DNA from: Paraspadella gotoi
Taxonomy: Eukaryota; Animalia; Chaetognatha
Assembly (NCBI GenBank): GCA_051294375.1
Contig: JBJCIZ010000239.1
Span: 4,407,834 to 4,471,833 of the forward strand
Direction of reading: 5' to 3'
Length of the DNA stretch: 64,000 nucleotides
Positions 12,501 to 25,200 of this stretch are shown piece by piece. Both the position numbers and the translations under genes were made by a program. Each line of letters begins with the position of its first letter. The first letter of the stretch is position 1. Under the pieces are notes generated by a model. The model was not told the DNA's origin. It saw only the letters and a list, made by a program, of their open reading frames with translations, and did not search any database.

Positions 12501-12689
12501 TTTACTGTGATAATTCATTGTTATTGTATATATTTGTATACATCCTATTCATTAACTACATATTAATAAAAAAACAACACTTACCTTTAAGAATTCTCGA
12601 TAAAGTCTCGGCCCGTCGACGACAACGAAACCGTTAAATCGTAGTGTGTGGGGATTTTCCCTCTCCACCAAAGATTCTTGCTCCACCAT
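1..12689 (-). CDS. Multi-exon gene (>1680 aa, 3' end outside window): unknown N-terminal domain + long acidic repeat region + C-terminal KLHDC1/2-like kelch beta-propeller
   Basis: All introns are GT-AG and every junction is phase-consistent. Exons: 12585-12689 (ATG, MVEQESL...), 12029-12160, 8720-8886, 8249-8303, 6535-8131, 5339-6247, 4776-5177, 4510-4626, 4057-4296, 3346-3870, 2798-2994, 2012-2209, 868-1038, <1-257. Linking all of them into one transcript is inferred from phase compatibility and the absence of an in-frame stop. Confidence 0.75.
630..864 (+). mobile_element. tRNA-derived SINE-like element, family A
   Basis: A-box-like TGGTGCCGGAGG (~672) and B-box GGTTCAAGCCC (~716). Closely similar reverse-oriented copies at ~10075-10288 and ~56612-56844. 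Confidence 0.75.
5545..6032 (-). repeat. Coding tandem repeat, 165 bp / 55 aa, 3 copies
   Basis: EKEFYDPKNxDNVIYPLSEKVPEKVPNREAPTDAVVLRSEPIISTTPSVQSES x3 within exon 5339-6247. Confidence 0.9.
6535..8131 (-). CDS. Large Glu/Lys/Asp-rich exon of the kelch gene
   Basis: 1597-nt exon (ctag|GAT...GACG|gtaatg) that overlaps ORF 6494..8071. Confidence 0.85.
6930..7740 (-). repeat. Coding tandem repeat, 147 bp / 49 aa, ~5.5 copies
   Basis: METEIP recurs at ~7682, 7535, 7388, 7241, 7094 and 6950. Unit: MKDDEKETDKDKIEDKEEKKEDQDKEENVDMETEIPIxKEETTKQESTK. Confidence 0.9.
10075..10288 (-). mobile_element. SINE-like family A copy
   Basis: Reverse complement of 630-864 (gaagagacagt...gacagaaccgttca...aagcagtccctgagc...ttttagtccaccat). 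Confidence 0.75.
12264..12332. repeat. Short tandem repeat gaggaatcccg, ~16-bp period, 4-5 copies
   Basis: Seen directly. Confidence 0.8.
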
Positions 12690-14152
12690 GATTTTTTTGG
12701 GGGGGGTCTTGCAATTTCGAGGTCAGAATATTTAGGGGTCTGGACTTTCCGCGTCGAGATTTGGGTTGGGGGCGGGATTTAGATTTTAGATTTAATTTAG
12801 GGATCGAGATTTATACCGTAGGAAGTTGCGAGTCGTGAGTTTTGTGAAGTTGTGACGAAAAGTTAAAGAGATGAAGTTTTGTTTGTTGAAATGAAATCGG
12901 CGATTATATGTAAGTATTAAGCTGTTTTTTTTTTAAATAAATTCGCTTGTTTCCTTTTAGATTTTTGTAGTAGTTGTTTTTCTTTGTTATTAAGCAACCT
13001 ATTATATACACAAAAAATATACATTAATCATACAATCAGAATTGTGGGACTTATTTAACCGACCTGTGACGCTAATTAAGGGGAGGGGAATGACTTGTCA
13101 CAATATTCTACGGTTGAGATAAAATAATGGATTCAATTTTGAAAGATTTACAGTAAATAGTTTGAAGGGAAAATATTTTTATTAGTCCTTACAAACAACG
13201 ATTTTTTTTAGAAACATGAAAAACGGACATGTTTCGGCTTTAATGTAAGCCTTCATCAACGCGAAAAAAATAATTTGTATCTCCCAATAGAATTGACATT
13301 AGTACGATGCTGCTTAGTTAATGATCCTTCCAAAAAATGAACAAAAGCGTCAAAAGGGAAAACCGCTAAAACTGAAAAAAAAAAGTGTCCATTTACGATG
13401 ACGAATAAGAACTTAAGACATGATATCGGTTCGTTGCTCGACTTTAAATTCCATTCCGAGGAGCACCTGATTTTTCGGGGTGTGAGAGAGAGAGAGAGAG
13501 AGTCAAGCCGGTTTTAGGGGAGAGAGAACTGAGAGAGAGAGTGAGCAGAAAGAAAGAGAGAGAAAGAAAGAGAGAGAGAAATAAGGAGGCAGAGGAAACG
13601 AGAGGGAGACATAAATAGAGAAAGATAAACAGAGAGAGAGGGGAGAGAGAGAGAGAGAGAAAAAAAGAAACAGAGAGAGAGAGAGAGAAAGATAGTAGAG
13701 AGAGAGATAAAGCAGAGAAAAAGAAAGAGAGAGAGCGGAAAAAAGAAAACCCGTCTCTCAAGAAAGGGACAGAATTAAAGAGTAAAGCGGGAGTGGGTGG
13801 GAATCAACGCCAACGTCAATGGAAGTAAGTCTGTTTTTTAGGGTAAGTCTCTTAGTCGACGGAATTTTCTCGAAACCGAGAGATCGTGGATTCGCCGAGA
13901 CAATGGAATCATTCAAAATTTCAAAGGTAGATAAAAAAAAAGGAAAAACAAAAAAGAAAACAACCAACGGGCAGAAGCTATTATTGGATAATAGATTCGA
14001 CAACGACGACGACGTCCCAATGTCCCAATGACTTTCCTCAAATCCTTTTCAAGCTTTTGAAAGTTTATCTGTTGATCTCTCTCTCTCTCTCTCTCTCTCT
14101 AACGAGTTTTGGATAGTGGTGATAGCGACCTTCAAGTTCTCTCCCCTGACTG

Positions 14153-14185
<33 letters not shown>

Positions 14186-14575
14186 GTCCATCCAGTTTTC
14201 ATAATAGTGATAATTTTTACTGGAGGCAAGTACCAGCTTCATTGACGTCATAAAAATCTCTCTCTCTATCTCTCTCTCTCTCTTTCTAACTATACTTATA
14301 CCTGAGAATTCTTTAATTGTCACAAAAATCTTCTAGATACAAAACTCTAAGTCAAGAATAAAAAAAAAAAAAAAAAAAGTAGTAAAACGAGATACGATTT
14401 AAGTCGGTTTTATTTATTGCCATAAAAAAAAATTACGAGAAAATAAATTTGCCAACTCTTTAGATAAAATCAAATAAAATAACAACAAATTTACATTGCG
14501 TACATTTAAATTTACGATAATGTCTTTTCAAGAACTATGGTTTATAGTCTTTCGGCTTTGGTTTGGGCGGTTTTG

Positions 14576-14595
14576 TCAAATAGGCGCCTTCGAAT

Positions 14596-14656
<61 letters not shown>

Positions 14657-16082
14657 TACCCCTCTTCCGCCCCCATTAACCTCCCTTTCGTAGTTGTACC
14701 GGCAGGGGGATACTTGCACCGGCAAGACGCAGTTGCCGGTGTTCGGATCGAAGACCCGAGTGATGTCGCACTCCCTTTGTACGGGCGGGGAATTGGGAAA
14801 AGTGCAAGTGAAGTATCTGAAAATTAAATTAAAACAAAAAATCTTAAAAGAATAGGATCTCGCCTACATTCAATGATAACCAAATATTGATGCGATGATA
14901 ACCAAAGGATTGATGCGATGATAACCAAATGGTTGATGCGATGATAATCAAATATTGATGCGATGATAACCAATAATTGATGCGATGATAAGCAAATGAT
15001 CGATGTGATGATAACCAAATGATTGATGTGATAATAACCAAATGATTGATGCGATGATGGTCATTCATTGATGTGATGATGTTCATTCATTGATACGATG
15101 ATAGTCATTCATTGATGCAATGATAGTCATTCATTGACGCAATGAATCATTCATCATAAATAAAACAAATAAATGCGTGTATGAGTGAAATCCACGAAAA
15201 TCTCGGATGTAAATTTGGGATTTTGCATTGAGAAAAAAGCGAAGAATAAATGGCGATAATAAAAGTTTTTAAAAAGAAAAAAATAATCAAAATTTTTCAA
15301 AAAACGATCACGCAAGAGATCATACAGAGAGAGGGAGAGAGACAGAGACAGAGAGAGAGACAGAAAGAGAAAGAAAGAGACAGACAGAGAGAGAGAGAGA
15401 AAGAAAGCTGGACAACCGCTGGAAGGCAGTTGTACAATCACTGCAGAGCCTGAACTCGTTTTTAAAGGGTTCAGAAGAGGCAGCCACTGACAAATATAGG
15501 AAGAAAAATATTTATAAAATTTCAAGAAATAAAAGAAAGGAAAAAAAAATTTTACAATTGTTTACAATTGGAAAATTTTTTGCCATTTTTTTCCAATCAC
15601 AGCTTGAAAAAGATTTTATTTTTTATTTGTATTAAAATTAAGATATTGCTTCTCATTAAAAAATCCTTTGAGTTCCCATTTTTATTAGAGATTTAAAAAA
15701 AAATTTGAATTCACTTCAATATTATATACTGCAATATGTAAATTAGATTAAAGCATTTCTATATACTAATTGGATATGATAATGAGTACTATAATCTCAT
15801 TTGCATATTGCAGTAAATCATAATGAAGTGGAAATTCAAAAAAAAATACTTAAATCCAAATGTAATAAGAAAATATCAAAGCTATTTCAAGATGAGAAGC
15901 CATATCTAAATTTTTAACTTACTATGATCGCACACTTTATAAAACTTTATCATAATTCATAATAATTTTTATTTTAAAAAAATCTTAAAAGCATAAGGAT
16001 CAAGCCATGATGATAGTCATTCATTGATGCGATGATAGTCATTCATTCATCGTAAATAAAACAAACAAATGTGTGTATGAGT

Positions 16083-16114
<32 letters not shown>

Positions 16115-19100
16115 CTGGACAGTTTTCCCGCCAACGAAACGCAATCAGAATTTTTAGGGAAAAAATCCACGAAAATCTCGGATGTAAATTTGGGATTTTG
16201 TATGAGAAAAAAGCGCGGAATAAATGGCGATAATAAAAGTTTTTAGAAAGAAAAAAGAGAGAGAGAGAGAGAGAGAGAGAAGAGAGAGAGAGAAGCTGGA
16301 CAGCCGCTGGACCGCCGCTGGACCGCCGCTGCAGAGCTGAACTCATTTTCGACGAATATGAGTAGGGACGAACTCTTTTCCTTTCTAAAAAAAATATTAC
16401 GAAAATAAATATTTGGGTATAGAGCCATATAAGAAATTTTTTGTACATTGAAAGTAAAACTTAAAATGCATAAATTTTCGTTTGAGCATCGTTCCCATAC
16501 TAAATTTTTGATTCACCACCCATTGAGAGGGGCTACCCCTCATTCAGAAGAAAAAAAACTTGATAAAGCTAAACTCTTTTCAATAATAATGATCCAAAAA
16601 TTATAATCCCTATTAACAAAATATATAGTTGAAAATACTCAGTTAACGACTATGATATTTTTGACTTCAAATATTTTTTTTCCTCATTTTAAAAAATTTT
16701 AATCTTGAATAAAATTTTTGATTGTTCTTTTTTAGGAAGAAACCAGACCGAGGTCAAATTTATATATTGCATATTAGATTAATTTATAAATAGTTATCAC
16801 AACTCAAATAATTATTATTTAAAAAAAGATAAAAATGATTTAAATATATACACTAAAATATTATATAATAATATATAAATTATCAGAATAACAAAAAAGT
16901 AATGTTTAATTTGACTATATCTCTCTTATCAACTCTTATTTTAGATATAATTTGCCAATAGTGGGCCAACCGGTTCAAAGTTACAATAATAAATAAATAC
17001 AAATTTATTTTTTTTAAATGTAATGCATATCTGTTCGCCGAAAGTGCTGCATATATAATAAGTCACATTAGTGATTTACATGTGACAATGCATGTCAATA
17101 TAAGTTATTCTTCACTTTTTTTAAAAGTGTATCCACAAAATCTCGGATGTAAATTTTGGGATTTTGTATTGAGAAAAAGCCCGAATAAAAGTTTTTAGAA
17201 AAAAAACATAATCATAATTTTCAAAAAAAGAACGATCACGCAAGAGATCGTAAAGAGAGAAAGAGACAGAGAAAGAAAGAGAGAGAAAGAGAGAGAAAGA
17301 GAGACAAAGCTGGACAGCTGCTTGAAGGGCCGCTGTACAGGTCAGCTGCAGAAACTGAACTCGTTTCTTTTTTTTTTTTTTTTTTTTTTTTTTATTAATA
17401 CCAAAAAACAGTATTGACATAATCATAAACAGTAATAGTGTAAAAGACTGGAAAACTAAACTATGTATTGAAATTCAATAAAAAAAAAGACCCTAACATT
17501 TAAAAGACGTGGAAACAAGTAAAAACTAAACTACATAATGAAATTCAAAAAAAAAAAGACACTAACTACATATTGAAATTCAATAAAAACAAAAGGACAC
17601 TAACCGTTTTTCTGAAATAAAAGAATAAAAGAAAAATAAAAGAAATAAAAGAAAGGCAAAAAATGTTACACATGGTTTACAAATGGAAATTTTTTTCCAA
17701 TTTTTTCCAATCGCAGCTTGTAAAAGATTTTATTTTATTTGTATTAAAATTAAGATTATAGCTTCTATTAAAAAGTTATTTTGAGTTCCCATTTTTTATT
17801 AGAGATTAAAAAAAATTTTTGAATTTCATCTTCAATATTATATACTGCAATATGTAAATTAGATAAAGCATTTCTATATACTTAATTTGTGATATGATAA
17901 TGGAGTACTATAATCTCATTTGCATATTGCAGTAAATCATAATGAAAGTGGAAATCAAACAAAAATACTTAAATCCAAATGTAATAAGAAAAATATCAAA
18001 GCTATTTCAAGATGAGAAGCCATATCTAAATTTTTAACTTACTATGAATGCCACACTTTGTAAACTTTATCATAATCTCATAATAATTTTTTTTAAAAAA
18101 GGTAAGTCACAGCCAAACCTATAAAAGCGTAGGTAGTTTTTATATAAAACAGCGTGACGGCCCGACGACGACGACGGACGACAGGGACGGGCGACGACGG
18201 ACGACTCGTCCAACAAGAAGTCACCCGAATCAAATATCAAGCCCTAAACCGGCTTCGGCCGTCATGGCTTGATTAAAAAACGGTAAGTCAACAGCCAAAC
18301 CTAATAAAAGCGGTAGTAGTTTTTTATATAAAACAGCGTGACGCCGACGAGACGACGACGAGGCGACGACCGACGACGAACGTCACAGAGAAGGCTGACC
18401 GAATCATTATTCGAGCCTGAACCGGCTTCGCCGGTAGGCTCGATAACAATAATAACGATTCGTTTAATAAACAAGAACGGTCATTCGAATCCGGAGTTGT
18501 GCCGTGTATGCATTAAGATATATAAACGTATTATTTATACGATTTTTGTTTATATTTCGAGCTGATCGTTTCGTTGCGTTTCCAATTAAAATTAAATGAA
18601 ATTGTTTGTTTTGCTGACAGACAATTTCACTTCTGATTCTTTTTCGAAAAACAAAAGGCGGCGCTAGCATTCACTTAGATTCGAATTTGCGAAAATAACA
18701 AAAGAGCAACCAAATTTAAGCCGTATTAAATTTTAGGTCTTNNNNNNNNNNNNNNNNNNNNNNNNNNNNNNNNNNNNNNNNNNNNNNNNNNNNNNNNNNN
18801 NNNNNNNNNNNNNNNNNNNNNNNNNNNNNNNNNNNNNNNNNNNNNNNNNNNNNNNNNNNNNNNNNNNNNNNNNNNNNNNNNNNNNNNNNNNNNNNNNNNN
18901 NNNNNNNNNNNNNNNNNNNNNNNNNNNNNNNNNNNNNNNNNNNNNNNNNNNNNNNNNNNNNNNNNNNNNNNNNNNNNNNNNNNNNNNNNNNNNNNNNNNN
19001 NNNNNNNNNNNNNNNNNNNNNNNNNNNNATTGCTTAAAATTAGCAAAAACTATAAAAATTATGGTAAGGCGATGATGATGATGATTTTAAAGAGTTTTCT

Positions 19101-20660
19101 CATTATTTGACCCACTTATCATCAAAATATTGAAAAAAGGCAGTATACTTTGAGTAGACAACTTTTTATGGGCTATCTGAATCCGTTCTTAAAAATCAAA
19201 TTTTTACAACAATTTTTTTTATTGCCTATGCAATGAATTGCCTATGCAATGAATATGCAGGAGTAATTGGTGTTCAAATAGTGAAATATATTTTTTTGTT
19301 TTTTTGCATTTAAATTCATTTTCACTCAGACGATTCCATCGAAACTTCATATACANNNNNNNNNNNNNNNNNNNNNNNNNNNNNNNNNNNNNNNNNNNNN
19401 NNNNNNNNNNNNNNNNNNNNNNNNNNNNNNNNNNNNNNNNNNNNNNNNNNNNNNNNNNNNNNNNNNNNNNNNNNNNNNNNNNNNNNNNNNNNNNNNNNNN
19501 NNNNNNNNNNNNNNNNNNNNNNNNNNNNNNNNNNNNNNNNNNNNNNNNNNNNNNNNNNNNNNNNNNNNNNNNNNNNNNNNNNNNNNNNNNNNNNNNNNNN
19601 NNNNNNNNNNNNNNNNNNNNNNNNNNNNNNNNNNNNNNNNNNNNNNNNNNNNNNNNNNNNNNNNNNNNNNNNNNNNNNNNNNNNNNNNNNNNNNNNNNNN
19701 NNNNNNNNNNNNNNNNNNNNNNNNNNNNNNNNNNNNNNNNNNNNNNNNNNNNNNNNNNNNNNNNNNNNNNNNNNNNNNNNNNNNNNNNNNNNNNNNNNNN
19801 NNNNNNNNNNNNNNNNNNNNNNNNNNNNCAATCAAAAAAATTTTTTTCACTTTTGACAAGAGCTTGGCGAGGCGTGCTTGGACCCGACGCCAGCGTTGCT
19901 TGGACAAACAAAAGTGGCCGTGGGAGACTTTTGACAATGGGTGCCGTAGAAATTGGGTTTGCAGTCGCAACGATAGGCAGATGGTCGGGAGGCGTCCAGA
20001 TTGCAGATCCCTGGTTAAAAGTTGGCGGGAAAAAAAAGGGTTAAGATAATTTTAAAAATTAATCCACATTTCCTCTCGTTGATTTTAATAATATAATATA
20101 TAATAATATATAATATCTGAGGAATATTAATAGTCTCTGAAACCGGATCGATTATTTTTGGTAATTAGGGGCAAGGCGCTCTCTACTCTCTACCCCCCCC
20201 CTCTTCAAACCGTTTCCGCCGCAGGGCGTGTCAGCGCAGACGTTCTTTATCTCTTGGCAAGTGACGCCCTCCCACGGCGAGTTGCAGGAGCAAGAGAAAG
20301 CGTTGACTTTGTCGGTGCAAAGGCCGCCGTTCTTGCACGGATCGCTGGCGCATTCGTCTATGGGGGCGTCGCAGTTGGTTCCTGCAGGCACCGGAGGGTC
20401 AGGTGATAATGATGGTGATGGCGATAGTGATAATGATAGATGATTTTTTTCCTCTTTCGTTAATTCATTTTTTTATCACTCGTTAAATCGAGAAAGTGTA
20501 CAATTTTTAGAATTATATGTTTTATAAATTATATAAGATCGTTTTAACGACTATTAAATTAATTTTTGTAAAAAAATAGAAATATAAATCCTAAAAAAAT
20601 GTTTATTTATTAAAACATTTTTTGGTGGAGGGTTAAGAAGCGGATACTGATGTGACAGGT

Positions 20661-20701
<41 letters not shown>

Positions 20702-22590
20702 ATCACGAGTAATTGGTGTTTTGCTAAGGGACGGACGGACGACGGACGGACCGGACGCACGACGACAGAGAGGACGGACGGGACCTGCGGACATCTTATT
20801 TTTTTGCATAATTACTCATAATTCGATGTTCTGACATGATATGAAGTAATGCCCGACAAGTTAAGGGGGCGGACCGACGGACTGACAAGTGAATTATAGA
20901 GTCGGGATCTGCGGAAAGCAGATCCCGACTAAAAATAAAGAAAAAAAAAAAAAAAGAAAGAAAGGAAAAGAAAAGAAAAAAGAAAAAAAAAAAATAGGAA
21001 GAAAATAGTTATATAAAAACCAATCAAAAAAATTTTTTTCACTTTTGACAAGAGCTTGGCGAGGGCGTGCTTGGACCCGACGCAGCGTTGCTTGGACAAA
21101 CAAAAGTGGCCGTGGAGTGATTTTGACAATGGGTGGCCGTAGAAATTGGTCTTGCAGTCGCAACGATGGCATATGGTCGGAGGGTCCAGATTGCAGATCC
21201 TGGTTTTAAAAGCTTGGCGGGAAAAAAAGTAAAGATAATTTTAAAAAATTAATCCACATTTTCCTTCTTAGATTATATAATTATAATATATCAATAATAT
21301 ATAATTATCTGAGCAAATTATTAATAAGATCTCTTGAAACCGGATCGGATTATTTTTTGGGTAATTTTTAGGGCAGGGCGCTTCAAAAAGACATTTTTGG
21401 AGGAACTAGTTCTCACACGCATCTCCTCCGGCATCCCTATGGATGTGAGTACACAAACATTCTTCTCTCTAATATTTTACTTAATTTATATTCACAATCC
21501 ATAATCTAATTAATAATTGCTAATTCTTTAACCCTAATCTAAGCCTAAACCCTAATTCCAATATCTAAACCCTACCTTAAACCTGTTAGTCGGGAATGGC
21601 CTAAGTTCACCCCGCCGTATAAGCATGACACCTTCAGTCGTGACCCGTGGCTCATTGAATTAAAGCCCTCAGCTATTGACCACTTTGCTACGAGTTCGAA
21701 ACCCAACCGGTACCTTAACCTCCTTCTTTCTTTCTCCTTAAAGGGAAGCGTGAGGACGGCCCTAAACCGCCTTGTCGGCCCGGGCGAAAACCATCAAACC
21801 TTGGTTTCCAACCCATGACCCGTTCCATGGACTGCTGAGGGGGCACAGAAGTTACGGAGATGGTAGGTCTTCATGCCACAACAGTGCCATATCGACATCC
21901 CTAACCCTAATCTTAACATGAATTCACTATCTAAAGCGAGCCAGGATTCCTACCGTTATCAGTTGATCCCTTCTATCTTGTACGCCTACTCTCTACCCCC
22001 CCCCTTCAAAACTTTCCGCCGCAGGGCGTGTACGCAGACGTTCTTTATCTCTTGGCAAGTGACGCCCTCCCACGGCGAGTTGCAGGAGCAGAGAAGAGCG
22101 TTGAACTTTGTCGGTGCAAAGGCCGCCGTTCTGGCACGCGATCGCTGGCGCATTCGCCCTTTTCATCTATGGGGGCTCGCAGTTGGTTCCTTGCAGGCAC
22201 CGAGGGTCAGGTGATAATGATGGTGATGCGATAGATGATAATGATAGATGATTTTTTTCCTCTTTCGGTTAATTCATTTTTTTATCACTCGTTAAATCGA
22301 GAAAGTGTACAATTTTTTAGAATTATATGTTTATAAATTTATATAAGATCGTTTTAACGACTATTAAATTAATTTTTTGTAAAAAATAGAAATATAATCC
22401 TAAAAAAATGTTTATTTTATTAAAACATTTTTTGGTGAGGTTAAAAGCGGATACTGATGTGACAGGTAAAAATCTCTCTCTCTCTTCTCTCCCTCTCTCT
22501 CCTCTTTCTCTTCTCTCTCCTCTCTCTCTCTCTCCCTCCACTCCAATCTTCCAACAAACCAACTTTCCACTGAATCCAGTTCCGCGCAAA

Positions 22591-22622
<32 letters not shown>

Positions 22623-23331
22623 TTCTCTCTCTCTCTTCTCCTCCCTCCACTCAATCTTCCAAAAATCAACTACCAGTGAATCCAGTNNNNNNNNNNNNNN
22701 NNNNNNNNNNNTCCGCCGCAATCGCATTTATACCCGTTGATTCCGTCCGTGCATTTTCCTCCGTTTCTGCAAGGAGTCGTGGCGCACTCGTTCAAGTTGA
22801 CCTGGAGGGATTTCATTGATTGATTGANNNNNNNNNNNNNNNNNNNNNNNNNNNNNNNNNNNNNNNNNNNNNNNNNNNNNNNNNNNNNNNNNNNNNNNNN
22901 NNNNNNNNNNNNNNNNNNNNNNNNNNNNNNNNNNNNNNNNNNNNNNNNNNNNNNNNNNNNNNNNNNNNNNNNNNNNNNNNNNNNNNNNNNNNNNNNNNNN
23001 NNNNNNNNNNNNNNNNNNNNNNNNNNNNNNNNNNNNNNNNNNNNNNNNNNNNNNNNNNNNNNNNNNNNNNNNNNNNNNNNNNNNNNNNNNNNNCAGGTGC
23101 ACCTGAAAAAAAAAATTTAAAAGAAAACAAACACCAAATAAGCCAATTGTTAATGGACTTTTTGTAATTTTAAATACTTTCTACGGAATAAAAATATTGA
23201 CGGCCAAAATTTGAATATTCAATTTTTGGTTAATGATTATGCATATTGAAATCTTACTTAATATGTGAAATGAAATAAAAATGCTAAGTTGAATGTTGAA
23301 AAAAAAATTACTTAAAACTATACATTTAATC

Positions 23332-23363
<32 letters not shown>

Positions 23364-25169
23364 ACCGGTACCACGGCGCCGCGGGCGGATCTACGTCCGT
23401 GCAGCGCCCGTGCGCTCCGCAGGGATTAGCGCTGCAGTCGTCCTTGTTGGCGTTGCAAGTCGGATTGGTGTAGCCTTCTTTGCATTGGCACACCGGATCG
23501 CCGGCTGGTTTCAAGGGGGGGATAGAGAAGAAGAGAGAAAGAGAGGGAAGAAGAGAGGAGAGGGAGAAAAAGAGGGAGAGAGGGGAGGGGGAGAGAAAGT
23601 GAGGGGAGAGAGAGAAAGAAAGAGAGGAAGTGAAGGGAGATGGAGGAAAAGAGGGGAAAGGGAGAAAGAGAGGGAAGAGGGAGAAAAAGAGGGGACAGGA
23701 AGGAAGATCGGCGATAGTGAGAAAAGGGAAATGAGAAGGGAGAGAAAGTCATTAAACCAAGACGTCCAATGTTTAATCCCGGTGTTCGCCGAGCACTTTA
23801 AAGCCAGCCTCAACCGAAAAGCTAATTAATGAACGGTTTAATCATTAAATAACTTAATCTTTAATATTTTCAGCAAATTTAGAAAAAAAAAACAAAACAA
23901 GATCGGTTCATCAAATGTGTTGCGCTGCGGTGACTTTATTTTCGCGTGTATGATCATATGATATGACAGGACTAAAAAACTTTCATAGTCCGTGTATTTA
24001 TGACATGCACAGAATCGAAATTCCTTCTTTTATTCCTCATAGTTTTTAGGATTTCCTGAAGGTGGCGCTAGCAGTCACTTAGTTTTGAGGTTTTTTCCTG
24101 TCTTGACAAATGAGCAACCAACAATAGGCGAATTATATGCATTTTTAACGTAAGTGGGAGAGACCGATGGTCAGACATACCGACCGACAGACCGACCGAA
24201 AAGTGACTTATAGAGTTGCTCCGCGAATATTCGCGGCGCAACGAAAAACTACTTTCCTCACCCCGCCCCCAACAAAAAAGTTAAACTAACCCTTGGCCAC
24301 GCATCTGTAAGTGCGCGATGCGACGCAGAAGACGTCGCATTTTTTCGTTCGACAGGTGTCGCCCTGATACTCGTATCCGCAGGTGCATTTGAACGAGGGC
24401 GGGGAGGTGTTGAGTTGAGCGCAGACGCCGCCGTTGGCGCAAGGATTCGGGTCGCACGGAGTAAGGTCGATTTCGCAACGTTTCCCGCCCTTACCCTTTT
24501 TTTTTATAAAGAGTTGAATACTAGATAAGAAAAAATATACAGGAACTAGTAATTCTATTTTGATATTAGTAAATTTCCTTAGGTTTTGATCAAGGTTTTG
24601 AAAGCTGAAAATATCATCGGGGACTAGTAATTCTATATTAGTAAATTTATTTTGCCTTTTATGACAAATTAATATTTAATTTTTTAAATTTTTATCCAGA
24701 GGGGTTGACATTGATGTCATAATAAGTCTTTTTAATGTGGGATAATAATAGCTTTTGTGATTTAAAACGATCATTTTTATTTTATATTTTTTTAATACAT
24801 TTTTTTTTCTTTGGGACTCTTCCCTTCCCTTTGAGCCCCTCGGGCCGTCTAAANNNNNNNNNNCGGTTTCTTCAACGACTTACCCTAAAACTCGATGCCT
24901 TACCTCGGGACAAGCGCACTTGGCGAATCCAGTTGTCCGATCGATGGAGCAGACGCCATTGTTTTCGCAAAATCCAGAGACGCAGACAGAATTAGAAAAC
25001 TGAATGAATGAATGAATGAATGAATGAATGAATGAATGAATAAATGAATATATATATAAATAATGATAATAATAATAATAACACCTGGCACTGTTTTTCG
25101 GGAAAGAATAATTTAATTGTATTCAAAATTCTAAAATTTACTCTCTCTCTCTCTCTCTCTCTCCTTTCA

Positions 25170-25200
<31 letters not shown>

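Noticed and set aside
12900-14031. Divergent plus-strand gene (gtaagt donors at ~12910 and ~13825; ORF 13819..14031)
   Set aside because: No coherent exon chain or recognisable product.
14868-15155. CRISPR-like array
   Set aside because: Contiguous degenerate units with no unique spacers, in a eukaryotic intron.
13444-17426. ORFs reading SLSLSL / RERERE (also elsewhere in the window)
   Set aside because: Translations of (GA)n/(CT)n microsatellites.
21020-22200. Real tandem (mutually exclusive) EGF exon duplication
   Set aside because: The copy differs by frameshifting indels near gaps, as expected from uncorrected read sequence.
18726-23167. Long ORFs containing X runs
   Set aside because: They span N gaps.
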